A stretch of 32,000 nt of DNA from Acaryochloris thomasi RCC1774 (GCF_003231495.1 NZ_PQWO01000004.1:180001-212000); one strand, 5' to 3'; positions 18,941 through 26,897 are shown, counted from the first letter of the stretch. Notes: a model not told the origin generated them from the sequence alone. A program made the numbers and translations.

Positions 18941-18974
18941 GCAGCTTTGCAGGCAATTTACCTGCAAGAACTGC
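18941..18974. promoter_or_regulatory. Imperfect palindrome/hairpin (core TTGCAGG-N7-CCTGCAA) in the leader of the Met-rich protein gene
   Basis: Read directly: GCAGCTTTGCAGGCAATTTACCTGCAAGAACTGC. 7-bp perfect inner arms plus a 4-bp outer stem, 23 nt upstream of the start codon at 18918 on the minus strand. Confidence 0.3.
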
Positions 18975-19433
18975 TGCACTCTAGCCCTAATCTGGATACC
19001 CTGATTCAGGGCGTAAAGTAATCAAAACTCACTCTTGATTGAACGTCATTTTCAATAACGCACCATCACATTAGCCTCCGTCCCTTGCTAACGGTCTTTT
19101 AGAATTCTGCAGAAACTAACAAAATCTTGCAGTTTTCGAATGTCTTTAATCCATTCGGAAAAACGAAACATTTCAAAAATGTCATCGAAGCTACATTTTT
19201 TAGCTTTTTTGATAAATTCAATACTTTATAGCTTGACGCCTTACCCAGAAACCATGATTTCTTCCGGGCCAGGGTTTTCTCGCTTCTCCCATTCACCGTG
19301 CAGAGGATGTTTGAAAAAGATTGACTTCCCTGCATCAGCCCCCTAGATCCCCTGTCCGAGGGGACGCAATATGGGGCTAGGGCAAAGTCAAATGGCCCAA
19401 ATCAGAGAGTTATAGACACAGCAGTCCTGATTG

Positions 19434-19465
19434 AGAAGAGATAGAACACTTTCTCTATCTCTTCT
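19434..19465. promoter_or_regulatory. 12-bp perfect inverted repeat (AGAAGAGATAGA-N8-TCTATCTCTTCT) upstream of the GAF kinase gene
   Basis: Read directly: arms at 19434-19445 and 19454-19465. It lies 53-80 nt upstream of the candidate start codons (19518 GTG, 19545 ATG). No U-tract follows, so an operator or 5'-UTR hairpin is more likely than a terminator. Confidence 0.35.
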
Positions 19466-19544
19466 GTGGGAGTTGCGGCCATTGTGAGCCTATAGTAGGG
19501 ATACTTACATGAGGTGAGTGTCAATCCTCTACCGAATCGAATGT

Positions 19545-22241
19545 ATGGTGACTCACAGAGCTGAGAGCAGCACTTCAGATCACGGCATCCTACAGCCCCC
19601 TCATCAGAGAGGCATTCTCACCAAAACACTCCTCGCCTTAGGAGGATACGGCTTATTTCTCATCGTCACGCTAGCGGGGGGGGGGTATTACATTGGCCGC
19701 AGTCTAGAACAGATGAATCGCTCAGTGATTGAATTTGATCGCCTCAGCCAAGATATTAAAAATGTAGATGAGTATTTTATTCGTCAGGCAAAAGATCGAA
19801 AAAACCTGTTTCTGCGCGGTCGAAACCCGAAGGATCTCGATAAATATTGGGGCCATATCAATGAGATGACTGAGAAAATTAATACTCAGGTTGATGTTGT
19901 CTTAGAGAATCCTTTATCGAAACCCTACCAGACAGAGCTGCAGACCTTCATGAGCGATCACACGCAACTGATGACGGTCTATCAAGAAGGATTCAATATT
20001 TTTCAAGAAACCCAAAAGCAGACGGCAGGCGATCAGTACGTGAGAGGACAGGGGAGCGATGTTGGGGCAGAATTGACGCAAATACTGGCGCAAATTAAGG
20101 CCGATCGGCAGCAGCTCGTCCTTGAGAAAGAGCAACATATGCAGCAGTTTCTAGTGGTGAGCACGGGGGGCTTAATTTTAGTCATCGTTACTTGCTCTGG
20201 ACTGCTGGCAACAATCATTACCGATCCCATTCGTCGCGTGGTTCGCTTTACGCGATTTCTAGAAGAGCGCCATTCTGCACGGCAGGCCAGCCAAACCGTA
20301 TTCGATCACGATGGGCTAGATGTTGCGGGTCATCCATTCGCAACAGAGTTAGACCAAACTTATCATCCTGCAGAAGGGTATCAGCAGGATGAGATTGGCT
20401 ATATGTTTGAGACCTACAGTAAATTGGCTGGCATCATTAGCAACTATAACCACCAGCTTCGCGTGCGTGATGGTCTTCTCAACTGCGTCAATGTCGCGGC
20501 TCAATGTTTGGTCGCTAACGAAGATCTGACCGTTGCCCTCCCGGCAGTGTTGAAGATTTTGGGAGAGGGAACGGGGCAATGTCGCGCCTATATCTTGCAA
20601 AACCTGCATGATCAGCAAACCGACAACCTACTGTTCGACCTCACCCTAGAGTGGGATGCGCCGAACGTCTCGACGAAGCGCGAAGCTGGGGGGCGGTTCC
20701 CGGTGCCCATCAAAACATTTCCAGATCGACTCACGGCACCGCTTAAGGCAGGATGTGCGACACAGTTTTTAGCGTCTGAATTGGATGGCCTGAAGGAACG
20801 AGAACAAGGTCAAGCGCTTTCGTTAGTCGGCGTTCCCATTACGGTTGCCGGGGAGTGGTGGGGCCTACTCGGCCTTGATGACTGCGTAAAGGAACGGGTC
20901 TGGAGCCAGGCTGAAATTGCGGTATTGGAAGCGGCGGCGACCTCTATCGGTACGGCTCTGGAGCGAGACCGCGCTCGTCAAACTCGCGAAGCGTCTGAAC
21001 GAGAGGCGCTGATGGCTTGCGAACGGGCGGCTCGGGCGGCGGAACTAGAAGCCGCAAATCACATTCTATCGGTGCGGGAACGCTGGCTAGAGACGACGGC
21101 GGCGGCGGCACACGATCTGCTGTCTACGGTGAATGTTGATGCTAGCGTCAATGCGGCGCTGCAGAGGATTGGAGAAAATTTGGGTTGTGATCGCATCGTG
21201 GTCATGCGCCACCTCCCGGACCCCAACACCCTGGGCACCATGCGAACCATTTATGAATGGGATGCCCCCAACATACATTCTCAGCTTCATCATCCTGACC
21301 TCAGAGACATCTCAAGTGCGGGTTTAGAGAACTGGTTTACTCGGCTTATGTCAGGCCAATGGGTGGGGGGCATGATTGATGCTGACGCAGACGATCCCCT
21401 CAGCCTGACAATGAAGGCGTTAGGTGTGAAGTCAACCTACACGGTTCCGGTTTTGGTTGACGAACAGTTCTGGGGGGTGATGGCCCTCGACCACTGCCAT
21501 GAAGCCAAGCATCTGAGTTTGTCTGAGGTGGCGGTCTTCAAGACCGCCGCCACCTGCGTTGGCAGCGCCATCTGTCTCGACCACATGAGACGCGATCATG
21601 AACAGGTTGAACGCAGTGCCCTACTCAGCGAAGAACGCAACCGTCTGGCCCGCGAAATTCACGACACGCTAGCCCAAGTCTTTACCGGCGTTTCGCTGCA
21701 GCTTGAAGCGGCCAAGGGCATTCTGACCCAGCAACCGACTCAGGCTGAAACTCACATCAACCAGGCCAGTGACCTTGCCCGTCAGGGCTTGTCAGAAGCA
21801 CGTCGTTCAGTCCGTGCCCTCCGCTCTCAAGCCTTGGAAAGCGATACCCTTGCTGAGGCGCTGCAGAAAACCCTGTGCGAGATGACCCAGGGCACAGTCA
21901 TTCATTCCCAATTTCAACAGCGGGGGATGCCATACCCGCTCGCGGATGACGTGCAGCTCAACCTGCTCCGCATCGGCCAGGAGGCAATTACGAATATTCT
22001 CCGTCACGCCCAGGCCCAAACCCTGATGCTCACCCTGACCTTTGCACCTGAGCACATCAGTCTTTGCATCGTTGATGATGGCATCGGTTTTGATCCGCAA
22101 TCTAGGACAAATGTGACGGGGTTTGGCTTGATTGGCGTTCGAGAGCGGGTGGCCCACTTCGACGGTCATGTTCAACTCATCAGCAGCCCGGGTCACGGCA
22201 CTCAGCTTGAAGTCACGATGCCCCTAGCTGTTAAGGTCTAG
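19545..22241 (+). CDS. Membrane sensor histidine kinase: 2 TM-flanked extracytoplasmic helical domain, two GAF domains, HisKA_3 and HATPase_c (NarL-partner type)
   Basis: The ORF runs from GTG 19518; the first ATG is at 19545. TM segments LLALGGYGLFLIVTLAGGGYYIG and GGLILVIVTCSGLLATII. Two GAF-like modules each carry an EWDAPN motif. HisKA_3 H-box is EERNRLAREIHDTLAQ. ATPase G box is GFGLIGVRERV. Confidence 0.9.
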   Translation: MVTHRAESSTSDHGILQPPHQRGILTKTLLALGGYGLFLIVTLAGGGYYIGRSLEQMNRSVIEFDRLSQDIKNVDEYFIRQAKDRKNLFLRGRNPKDLDKYWGHINEMTEKINTQVDVVLENPLSKPYQTELQTFMSDHTQLMTVYQEGFNIFQETQKQTAGDQYVRGQGSDVGAELTQILAQIKADRQQLVLEKEQHMQQFLVVSTGGLILVIVTCSGLLATIITDPIRRVVRFTRFLEERHSARQASQTVFDHDGLDVAGHPFATELDQTYHPAEGYQQDEIGYMFETYSKLAGIISNYNHQLRVRDGLLNCVNVAAQCLVANEDLTVALPAVLKILGEGTGQCRAYILQNLHDQQTDNLLFDLTLEWDAPNVSTKREAGGRFPVPIKTFPDRLTAPLKAGCATQFLASELDGLKEREQGQALSLVGVPITVAGEWWGLLGLDDCVKERVWSQAEIAVLEAAATSIGTALERDRARQTREASEREALMACERAARAAELEAANHILSVRERWLETTAAAAHDLLSTVNVDASVNAALQRIGENLGCDRIVVMRHLPDPNTLGTMRTIYEWDAPNIHSQLHHPDLRDISSAGLENWFTRLMSGQWVGGMIDADADDPLSLTMKALGVKSTYTVPVLVDEQFWGVMALDHCHEAKHLSLSEVAVFKTAATCVGSAICLDHMRRDHEQVERSALLSEERNRLAREIHDTLAQVFTGVSLQLEAAKGILTQQPTQAETHINQASDLARQGLSEARRSVRALRSQALESDTLAEALQKTLCEMTQGTVIHSQFQQRGMPYPLADDVQLNLLRIGQEAITNILRHAQAQTLMLTLTFAPEHISLCIVDDGIGFDPQSRTNVTGFGLIGVRERVAHFDGHVQLISSPGHGTQLEVTMPLAVKV
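19676..19684 (+). repeat. G9 homopolymer inside the kinase coding region
   Basis: Read directly: CTAGC GGGGGGGGG TATTAC, encoding AGGG in the first TM segment. Confidence 0.9.
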
Positions 22242-22268
22242 AGACAATCGTTGTCTAAGGAAAGTGGA

Positions 22269-22898
22269 ATGTCCGTAGCCCCTATTCGCGTGCTAGTCGT
22301 TGAAGATCACAGCGTTGTCCGTCAGGGGATTGTCTCTATTTTGAGCCAAGAGGCTGATATCACCGTCATTGCTGAGGCCCAAGATGGCCTGGAGGCAGTA
22401 GAGCTACACGCCGTTCAGCAGCCGGACCTCACTCTCATGGATCTGCGGATGCCAAACCTCGACGGGGTGGATGCGATCGCAAAAATCCGAGCGCAAACCC
22501 CCAGCGCCAACATCATCATTCTGACCACCTACGACACTGACGAAGACATTTATCGAGGACTCCATGCCGGGGCCAGAGGCTACATTCTCAAAGACACCAC
22601 CGCCCCAGAGCTAATCAACGCCATTCGCACCGTCCACGGGGGGCAGCGCTATATTCCCCCTGAAGTTGCGCTCAAGCTGGCGGACAGAATTGACGGTACG
22701 GCTCTAACCGACCGCGAACTGGAAGTTCTGCAGTTTCTGAGTAAGGGGAACAGCAACCAAGACATTGCCGGTCACCTTTCTATTTCTGAGGGAACCGTCA
22801 AGTTCCATATCAATAATATTTTTTCTAAGCTAGGAGTGAGTGATCGCACCCAGGCTGTGATCACAGCTTTGAAGCGGGGCCTCGCACGTCTCGATTAG
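22269..22898 (+). CDS. NarL/LuxR-family response regulator
   Basis: The ORF runs from TTG 22251. The ATG at 22269 is preceded by AAGGAAAG. Receiver domain (IRVLVVEDH, LTLMDLRMPNLDG) plus LuxR HTH (LTDRELEVLQFLSKGNSNQDIAGHLSISEGTVKFHINNIFSKLGV). Confidence 0.93.
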   Translation: MSVAPIRVLVVEDHSVVRQGIVSILSQEADITVIAEAQDGLEAVELHAVQQPDLTLMDLRMPNLDGVDAIAKIRAQTPSANIIILTTYDTDEDIYRGLHAGARGYILKDTTAPELINAIRTVHGGQRYIPPEVALKLADRIDGTALTDRELEVLQFLSKGNSNQDIAGHLSISEGTVKFHINNIFSKLGVSDRTQAVITALKRGLARLD

Positions 22899-23140
22899 CA
22901 GAGAAACCACCCGAACCTGAGCGGGCTAGTTTGATAAACCGACTAAAGCAGATTGCCCTAACCAGAAAGGCAAAACTTCCCTGTCGTCGATCGCCCTCCA
23001 TCTTTGTCCTAATGCTGCAAGCACAGTCCATTGCAGTGAACTTTTCTGACTAGCCCGTACTTTATTCGCGGGAGGAAGTTTGCCAACAGTACTTGTACTC
23101 AGATGACCAACCTAGCCAAAAGTTAGGGATATCATCCGGC

Positions 23141-23194
23141 AGAAAGACTAGGTTGATTCTTTGCCCCACGGCTAGCGACCTCACTAGTCTTTCT
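23141..23194. promoter_or_regulatory. 11-bp perfect inverted repeat (AGAAAGACTAG-N32-CTAGTCTTTCT) next to a TATAAA box
   Basis: Read directly: arms at 23141-23151 and 23184-23194. TATAAA at 23198-23203, about 75 nt upstream of the DsbA-like gene start. Confidence 0.3.
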
Positions 23195-23275
23195 TGCTAT
23201 AAAAAGTCATGCCTGACTGCAGGCGACGCCTAGCATATATTTTCCTAGGATTAGTTTTGAAGGCAACACTTCATA

Positions 23276-23842
23276 ATGATAGATTCAAATCTAGATTATT
23301 CCCCCATGACGCTCCTGCGTCCGTGCGATCACATTCAAGGTCGGCCAGAAAAAAATATTACGTTGGTGGCCTATGGCGACTACCAGAATCTTCGTTCAGG
23401 TCAAGCTTACTTCATGATCAAAAATTTACTAAAGACCTTTAATGATCAACTTTGTTTTGTCTATCGACACTTTCCTCAGGCCGCTTCTCGATCTGCAGCC
23501 TGGAAGGCTGCAGAAGCTGCGGAGGTGGCCTCTGATCAAGGTAAGTTCTGGGAAATGCACGATATTCTAGCAAGAAATCATCTCGCACTAGATGACTGTG
23601 ACTTAGTCAGCTATGCGGATCAGGCGGGTCTTAATATTCCGCAGTTTTTATGCGGGATGGCAAGTCACGTTCACACCCATAAAGTTGAGGCAGATGTTGA
23701 GAGTGGTAAAGCAAATGGTGTGATAGATATACCCACATTTTTTACAACAATCCGCTCTCAAGACATCCAGCATATCAATGGGCTTATGCATCAGATTGCA
23801 GAGATAAAAAATACCTTTTCGCGAATGAATAATGAATGCTAA
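23276..23842 (+). CDS. DsbA-family thioredoxin-fold protein lacking the CXXC active site
   Basis: 188 aa. Matches the YGDYxCPxCG...FRxFP...AAEAAEAAxxQGKFWxMH...GVxGTPTFF pattern of cyanobacterial DsbA-like proteins. It reads YGDYQNLRSGQ (NLRS at 23387-23398) where CPxC is expected, and GVIDIPTFF near the cis-Pro loop. Alternative start at ATG 23306. Confidence 0.75.
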   Translation: MIDSNLDYSPMTLLRPCDHIQGRPEKNITLVAYGDYQNLRSGQAYFMIKNLLKTFNDQLCFVYRHFPQAASRSAAWKAAEAAEVASDQGKFWEMHDILARNHLALDDCDLVSYADQAGLNIPQFLCGMASHVHTHKVEADVESGKANGVIDIPTFFTTIRSQDIQHINGLMHQIAEIKNTFSRMNNEC

Positions 23843-23913
23843 CCGCTGATCTATTGAATTATTTGCAAGAGAGTGTTGCCTTCTCTTGAAAATAAAAACA
23901 GTCAAGCTTCACA

Positions 23914-24756
23914 ATGAGTATTCAACAGCAGTTAGGTGAACCTGATTATATATCTGAAGGGTTTGAGTTTTACGCCGGTACTGAATCATCCGTCCACTAT
24001 CACGATCACAGGCATGCAGAAATTGAGATTGTACTGGTTCTCAATGCTGCTGAGGTTCATGTGGCGTGGCAGACGAGTCGCAATCAACACCAAGAGCGAC
24101 AGTTAGGGAGTAACCAGCTTTGTATTATTCCGTCTCAGCAACTTCATAGTCTCTGGTGGGAAGATACGGCTGAATATATTTTTATTTTTCTGCGTCCTAC
24201 TTTTTTACAACGCACGGCCCACGACTGGGTTCAAGGGAGTTCCATTGAACTGAAGGAGCAATATGCGATCGCAAATTCTCTCATTCAGTCCCTTGCCCTC
24301 ACCATGCGATCCACCCTAAGTGCTGAGACGCTTGATCACCTCTATCTTGACTCACTGATCAATGTACTCGTGATCCACTTGCTTAAGACCTATGCCGATT
24401 GTCAGTTAACCACCCCGGCCCCGCTTAAGACGGCATCTAAGCAGGGGCTGAACAAGGTCATCGACTACATTGATGAGTCTCTCGACCAAGATTTACGACT
24501 TATCAAGCTGGCAGAGGTGGCGAACATGAGCGAGAGCAGCTTTTGTCATCAGTTCAAAGCACGCATGGGTACCTCTCCCCATCAATATGTGATTCAACAG
24601 CGCATCAAGCGAGCAAAGCTTTTACTGTTAAATCGTGATTTGTCCATTGTTGAAATTGCGTACCGGTGCGGCTTCAACAGCCAGAGTCACCTAACCATTT
24701 ACTTCCGACAGCATACGGGCATGACGCCCAATGCCTATCGTACAACTCATATCTGA
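23914..24756 (+). CDS. AraC-family transcriptional regulator (cupin sensor plus HTH)
   Basis: 280 aa. N-terminal cupin-like region (HYHDHRHAEIEIVLVL). C-terminal double HTH (SESSFCHQFKARMGTSPHQYV, IAYRCGFNSQSHLTIYFRQHTGMTPNAYR). Confidence 0.9.
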   Translation: MSIQQQLGEPDYISEGFEFYAGTESSVHYHDHRHAEIEIVLVLNAAEVHVAWQTSRNQHQERQLGSNQLCIIPSQQLHSLWWEDTAEYIFIFLRPTFLQRTAHDWVQGSSIELKEQYAIANSLIQSLALTMRSTLSAETLDHLYLDSLINVLVIHLLKTYADCQLTTPAPLKTASKQGLNKVIDYIDESLDQDLRLIKLAEVANMSESSFCHQFKARMGTSPHQYVIQQRIKRAKLLLLNRDLSIVEIAYRCGFNSQSHLTIYFRQHTGMTPNAYRTTHI

Positions 24757-24924
24757 ACCCAGATTAGGGTGCTGAAGTCTCATTCTCGGGATCTTGCAGC
24801 ATCCTGTCAGACGTGGGGTTTCGTTATATGGCGGTATACCTAATTGATGACGACATCAAAATCGCAAAACACCCTGTCTGCTAAAGAGGAGACATCCTAA
24901 CTCAGCCGGGTACTGTGATACCCG

Positions 24925-26523
24925 TTACGCCACCATTGCTGGCTGGCTATGCTTCACTAACGTCGCTTCCGGCAATGGCCCCCGCAAGTGTGACCAAGGT
25001 AAAACCTGAGTCGTCGGCCAGGTCTCAAACACGTAGAACTCCATCGGCGGAAGCTGACCGCGCAGTTCTTTGAAAGCGCGACGGTAGCTGCCAACAGAAT
25101 CACCATAGTGGCGGGTCAGCTCCAGCAGCCGGGATAGACGACGATCGCCCCTCGATAGCAACGTCTGAATAACCGACCAGTTATAGCTTTCTGGTCGAAA
25201 ATCAATGCCGTTCGAGCGTAGCCCTTTTTGCAGCAGCTTCAGTCGCTTTTGGGCGGTCGGATCGACCCCAAACCACTGGAAAGGGGTGTGAGCCTTAGGG
25301 ACAAAGGTGCTGCATCCCAGCGTTAGCCGAAAACCTGGAACCTGTCGCTTGAGATCTAGGAGTAGCTTAATCGTGGCCTCTACATCTGCCTCAGTCTCTT
25401 GCGGCAGGCCAACCATACCGTAGAACTTAATGCCCTTGAGACCACCTGCCTTGGCGTTGGCAGTGGCCTCAAAAATCTGATCTTGCTCCAGCTTCTTGTT
25501 AATCAGTTCACGAATCCGTTCAGAGCCGCTTTCAATGGCAATGGTGACCGATCTCGTGTCGTGATTGGCCAGCGTCTGCGCTAGCTTTTCCGTCACGGTA
25601 TTGGTGCGGACCGAGGCAATACTAAGGCGCACGTCATCACAAGCGGGTCGATCAAAGTAGGCTAGCAAATCGTCAAACTCGGGATGCTGTGTCACGGAAG
25701 CTCCCAACAATCCAATTCGACGGGTCACCTTTAAACCTCGCTCAATGGCGGGGATGAGCGAATCGGTAACGCTTGGGGTCCGGAACGGCAGTGTTAGGTA
25801 GCTCGCTAAACAAAAGCGACACATCTCCGGGCAACTCCGCACCACTTCCACCATGTAGATGCTTTCCCAGGCGGCTTTTTCGGTGACGACGGTGGAGCTA
25901 GAGAGGGTATTGCCTCGGTAGGTTTGCTTTTCTACGCAGGGTGGGATGTCGGTGAGCGGGGTGATAGTTGCGATCGCACCTTCTCGATCTTCATAAATCA
26001 CCTCATAAAGGCTAGGAACATAGACACCTGGAACCCGTGCCAGAGCTTGAAGCTGCACCGATCGCTCTGCCCTACGGACCTGCTGATAAGCCGTAATAAA
26101 TTGGTTCAGTAAATCTTCGCCATCCCCCAACAGAATCACATCAAAAAACTCTGCGAATGGCTCTGGGTTCGCCGTCAGCACCGGGCCGCCCCCAAAAACC
26201 AGGGGATGAGCCGACGAGCGCTCTGCGGCCCGAATTGGAACGTCAAGCTGCTCTAGCAGGTTCAAGATATTGACATAATCCAGCTCCCAAGACATCGAGA
26301 ACCCCAGCAGGTCTGGCTGATGCGGTAGAGGCTCCTGCAGGTCAGTGAACAGACGGCTGACGGCCAGCCTGGGCTGACTGGCGAGTAGCGCCCACACCGT
26401 CTGATACCCCAAACTGGTAATGCCAACGCTGTAGGTATTAGGAAAAGCAAAAATCAGCGAAATGGCCTCGGAATCGGGCGACGCTGGCGTAAAAAGTAAA
26501 TGTTCAGAACGGAAAGCAGACAC
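24925..26523 (-). CDS. Radical SAM protein, TIGR03960-like (B12-binding-like N-domain plus rSAM core)
   Basis: 532 aa. N-terminal FAFPNTYSVGITSLGYQTVWALL. CxxxCxxC cluster motif in VRSCPEMCRFCLASY. Confidence 0.85.
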   Translation of the reverse strand: MSAFRSEHLLFTPASPDSEAISLIFAFPNTYSVGITSLGYQTVWALLASQPRLAVSRLFTDLQEPLPHQPDLLGFSMSWELDYVNILNLLEQLDVPIRAAERSSAHPLVFGGGPVLTANPEPFAEFFDVILLGDGEDLLNQFITAYQQVRRAERSVQLQALARVPGVYVPSLYEVIYEDREGAIATITPLTDIPPCVEKQTYRGNTLSSSTVVTEKAAWESIYMVEVVRSCPEMCRFCLASYLTLPFRTPSVTDSLIPAIERGLKVTRRIGLLGASVTQHPEFDDLLAYFDRPACDDVRLSIASVRTNTVTEKLAQTLANHDTRSVTIAIESGSERIRELINKKLEQDQIFEATANAKAGGLKGIKFYGMVGLPQETEADVEATIKLLLDLKRQVPGFRLTLGCSTFVPKAHTPFQWFGVDPTAQKRLKLLQKGLRSNGIDFRPESYNWSVIQTLLSRGDRRLSRLLELTRHYGDSVGSYRRAFKELRGQLPPMEFYVFETWPTTQVLPWSHLRGPLPEATLVKHSQPAMVA

Positions 26524-26897
26524 GCAGAATTGAGCTAGGTTAGAGGACCACTGCCTTCTAATCTAGTGGATTCTCTCAACTGCAGTCGCATCACCTGACG
26601 TATAACCTGAACATTCAGGGCATCCTATTGCTATTGCAGTCGATCGGTGAGGGGGAACCGTGGCAGGTTCGGATTGGCATCACGCCGTTAGACCCTCGTT
26701 GCGATCCGCTATTCTGGCAAAGATACGGCGGGAAGTACAGTTACAAAACTTTGCGGAATATCTTCTTAGGTTTTTTATGTCAGGATTGCCCTTGGTAATT
26801 GAGTGTCAGGTTAAAGAAAATGAAGTTTAAAAATGGGTTAGAAACAGACAAATTGACGAGTGCTGGCCCAAAGTGGTGCACTGGATAGGGAAAGCTT

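Noticed and set aside
19099-19346. 78-aa (minus) and 68-aa (plus) ORFs in the AT-rich spacer
   Set aside because: They overlap each other on opposite strands, have no RBS or motif support, and their Lys/Phe/Asn/Ser-rich composition is what AT-rich non-coding DNA yields.
22922-23057. 9-bp inverted repeat CGGGCTAGT ... ACTAGCCCG (118-nt spacer) after the NarL regulator gene, considered as a structured sRNA or MITE
   Set aside because: Inverted repeats of 9 bp at this spacing are expected many times by chance. The inner hairpin (CTGCAA-N10-TTGCAG) is only 6 bp, and no terminator-like U-tract follows.
23088-23099. AGTAC-TT-GTACT palindrome checked as a cyanobacterial LexA box, and intergenic regions checked for NtcA GTA-N8-TAC sites
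   Set aside because: The spacing does not fit the RGTACNNNDGTWCB LexA consensus. No GTA-N8-TAC match was found in the intergenic regions I inspected for it.
23209-23442. 77-aa ORF overlapping the start of the DsbA-like gene
   Set aside because: It is out of frame with an ORF that shows clear family similarity, and has no features of its own.
19124-24799. ATCTTGCAG at 19124-19132 and 24791-24799 flanking the kinase/regulator/DsbA/AraC block, considered as att or target-site duplication
   Set aside because: Random 9-mer matches between two positions in 32 kb are expected in the thousands. No integrase, tRNA or terminal inverted repeats are present.
26650-26685. GGTTCGGATT resembling a tRNA T-loop in the rSAM/PP2C intergenic region
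   Set aside because: The flanking bases do not form a T-stem, and no acceptor or anticodon arms can be drawn. No tRNA is supportable anywhere in the window.
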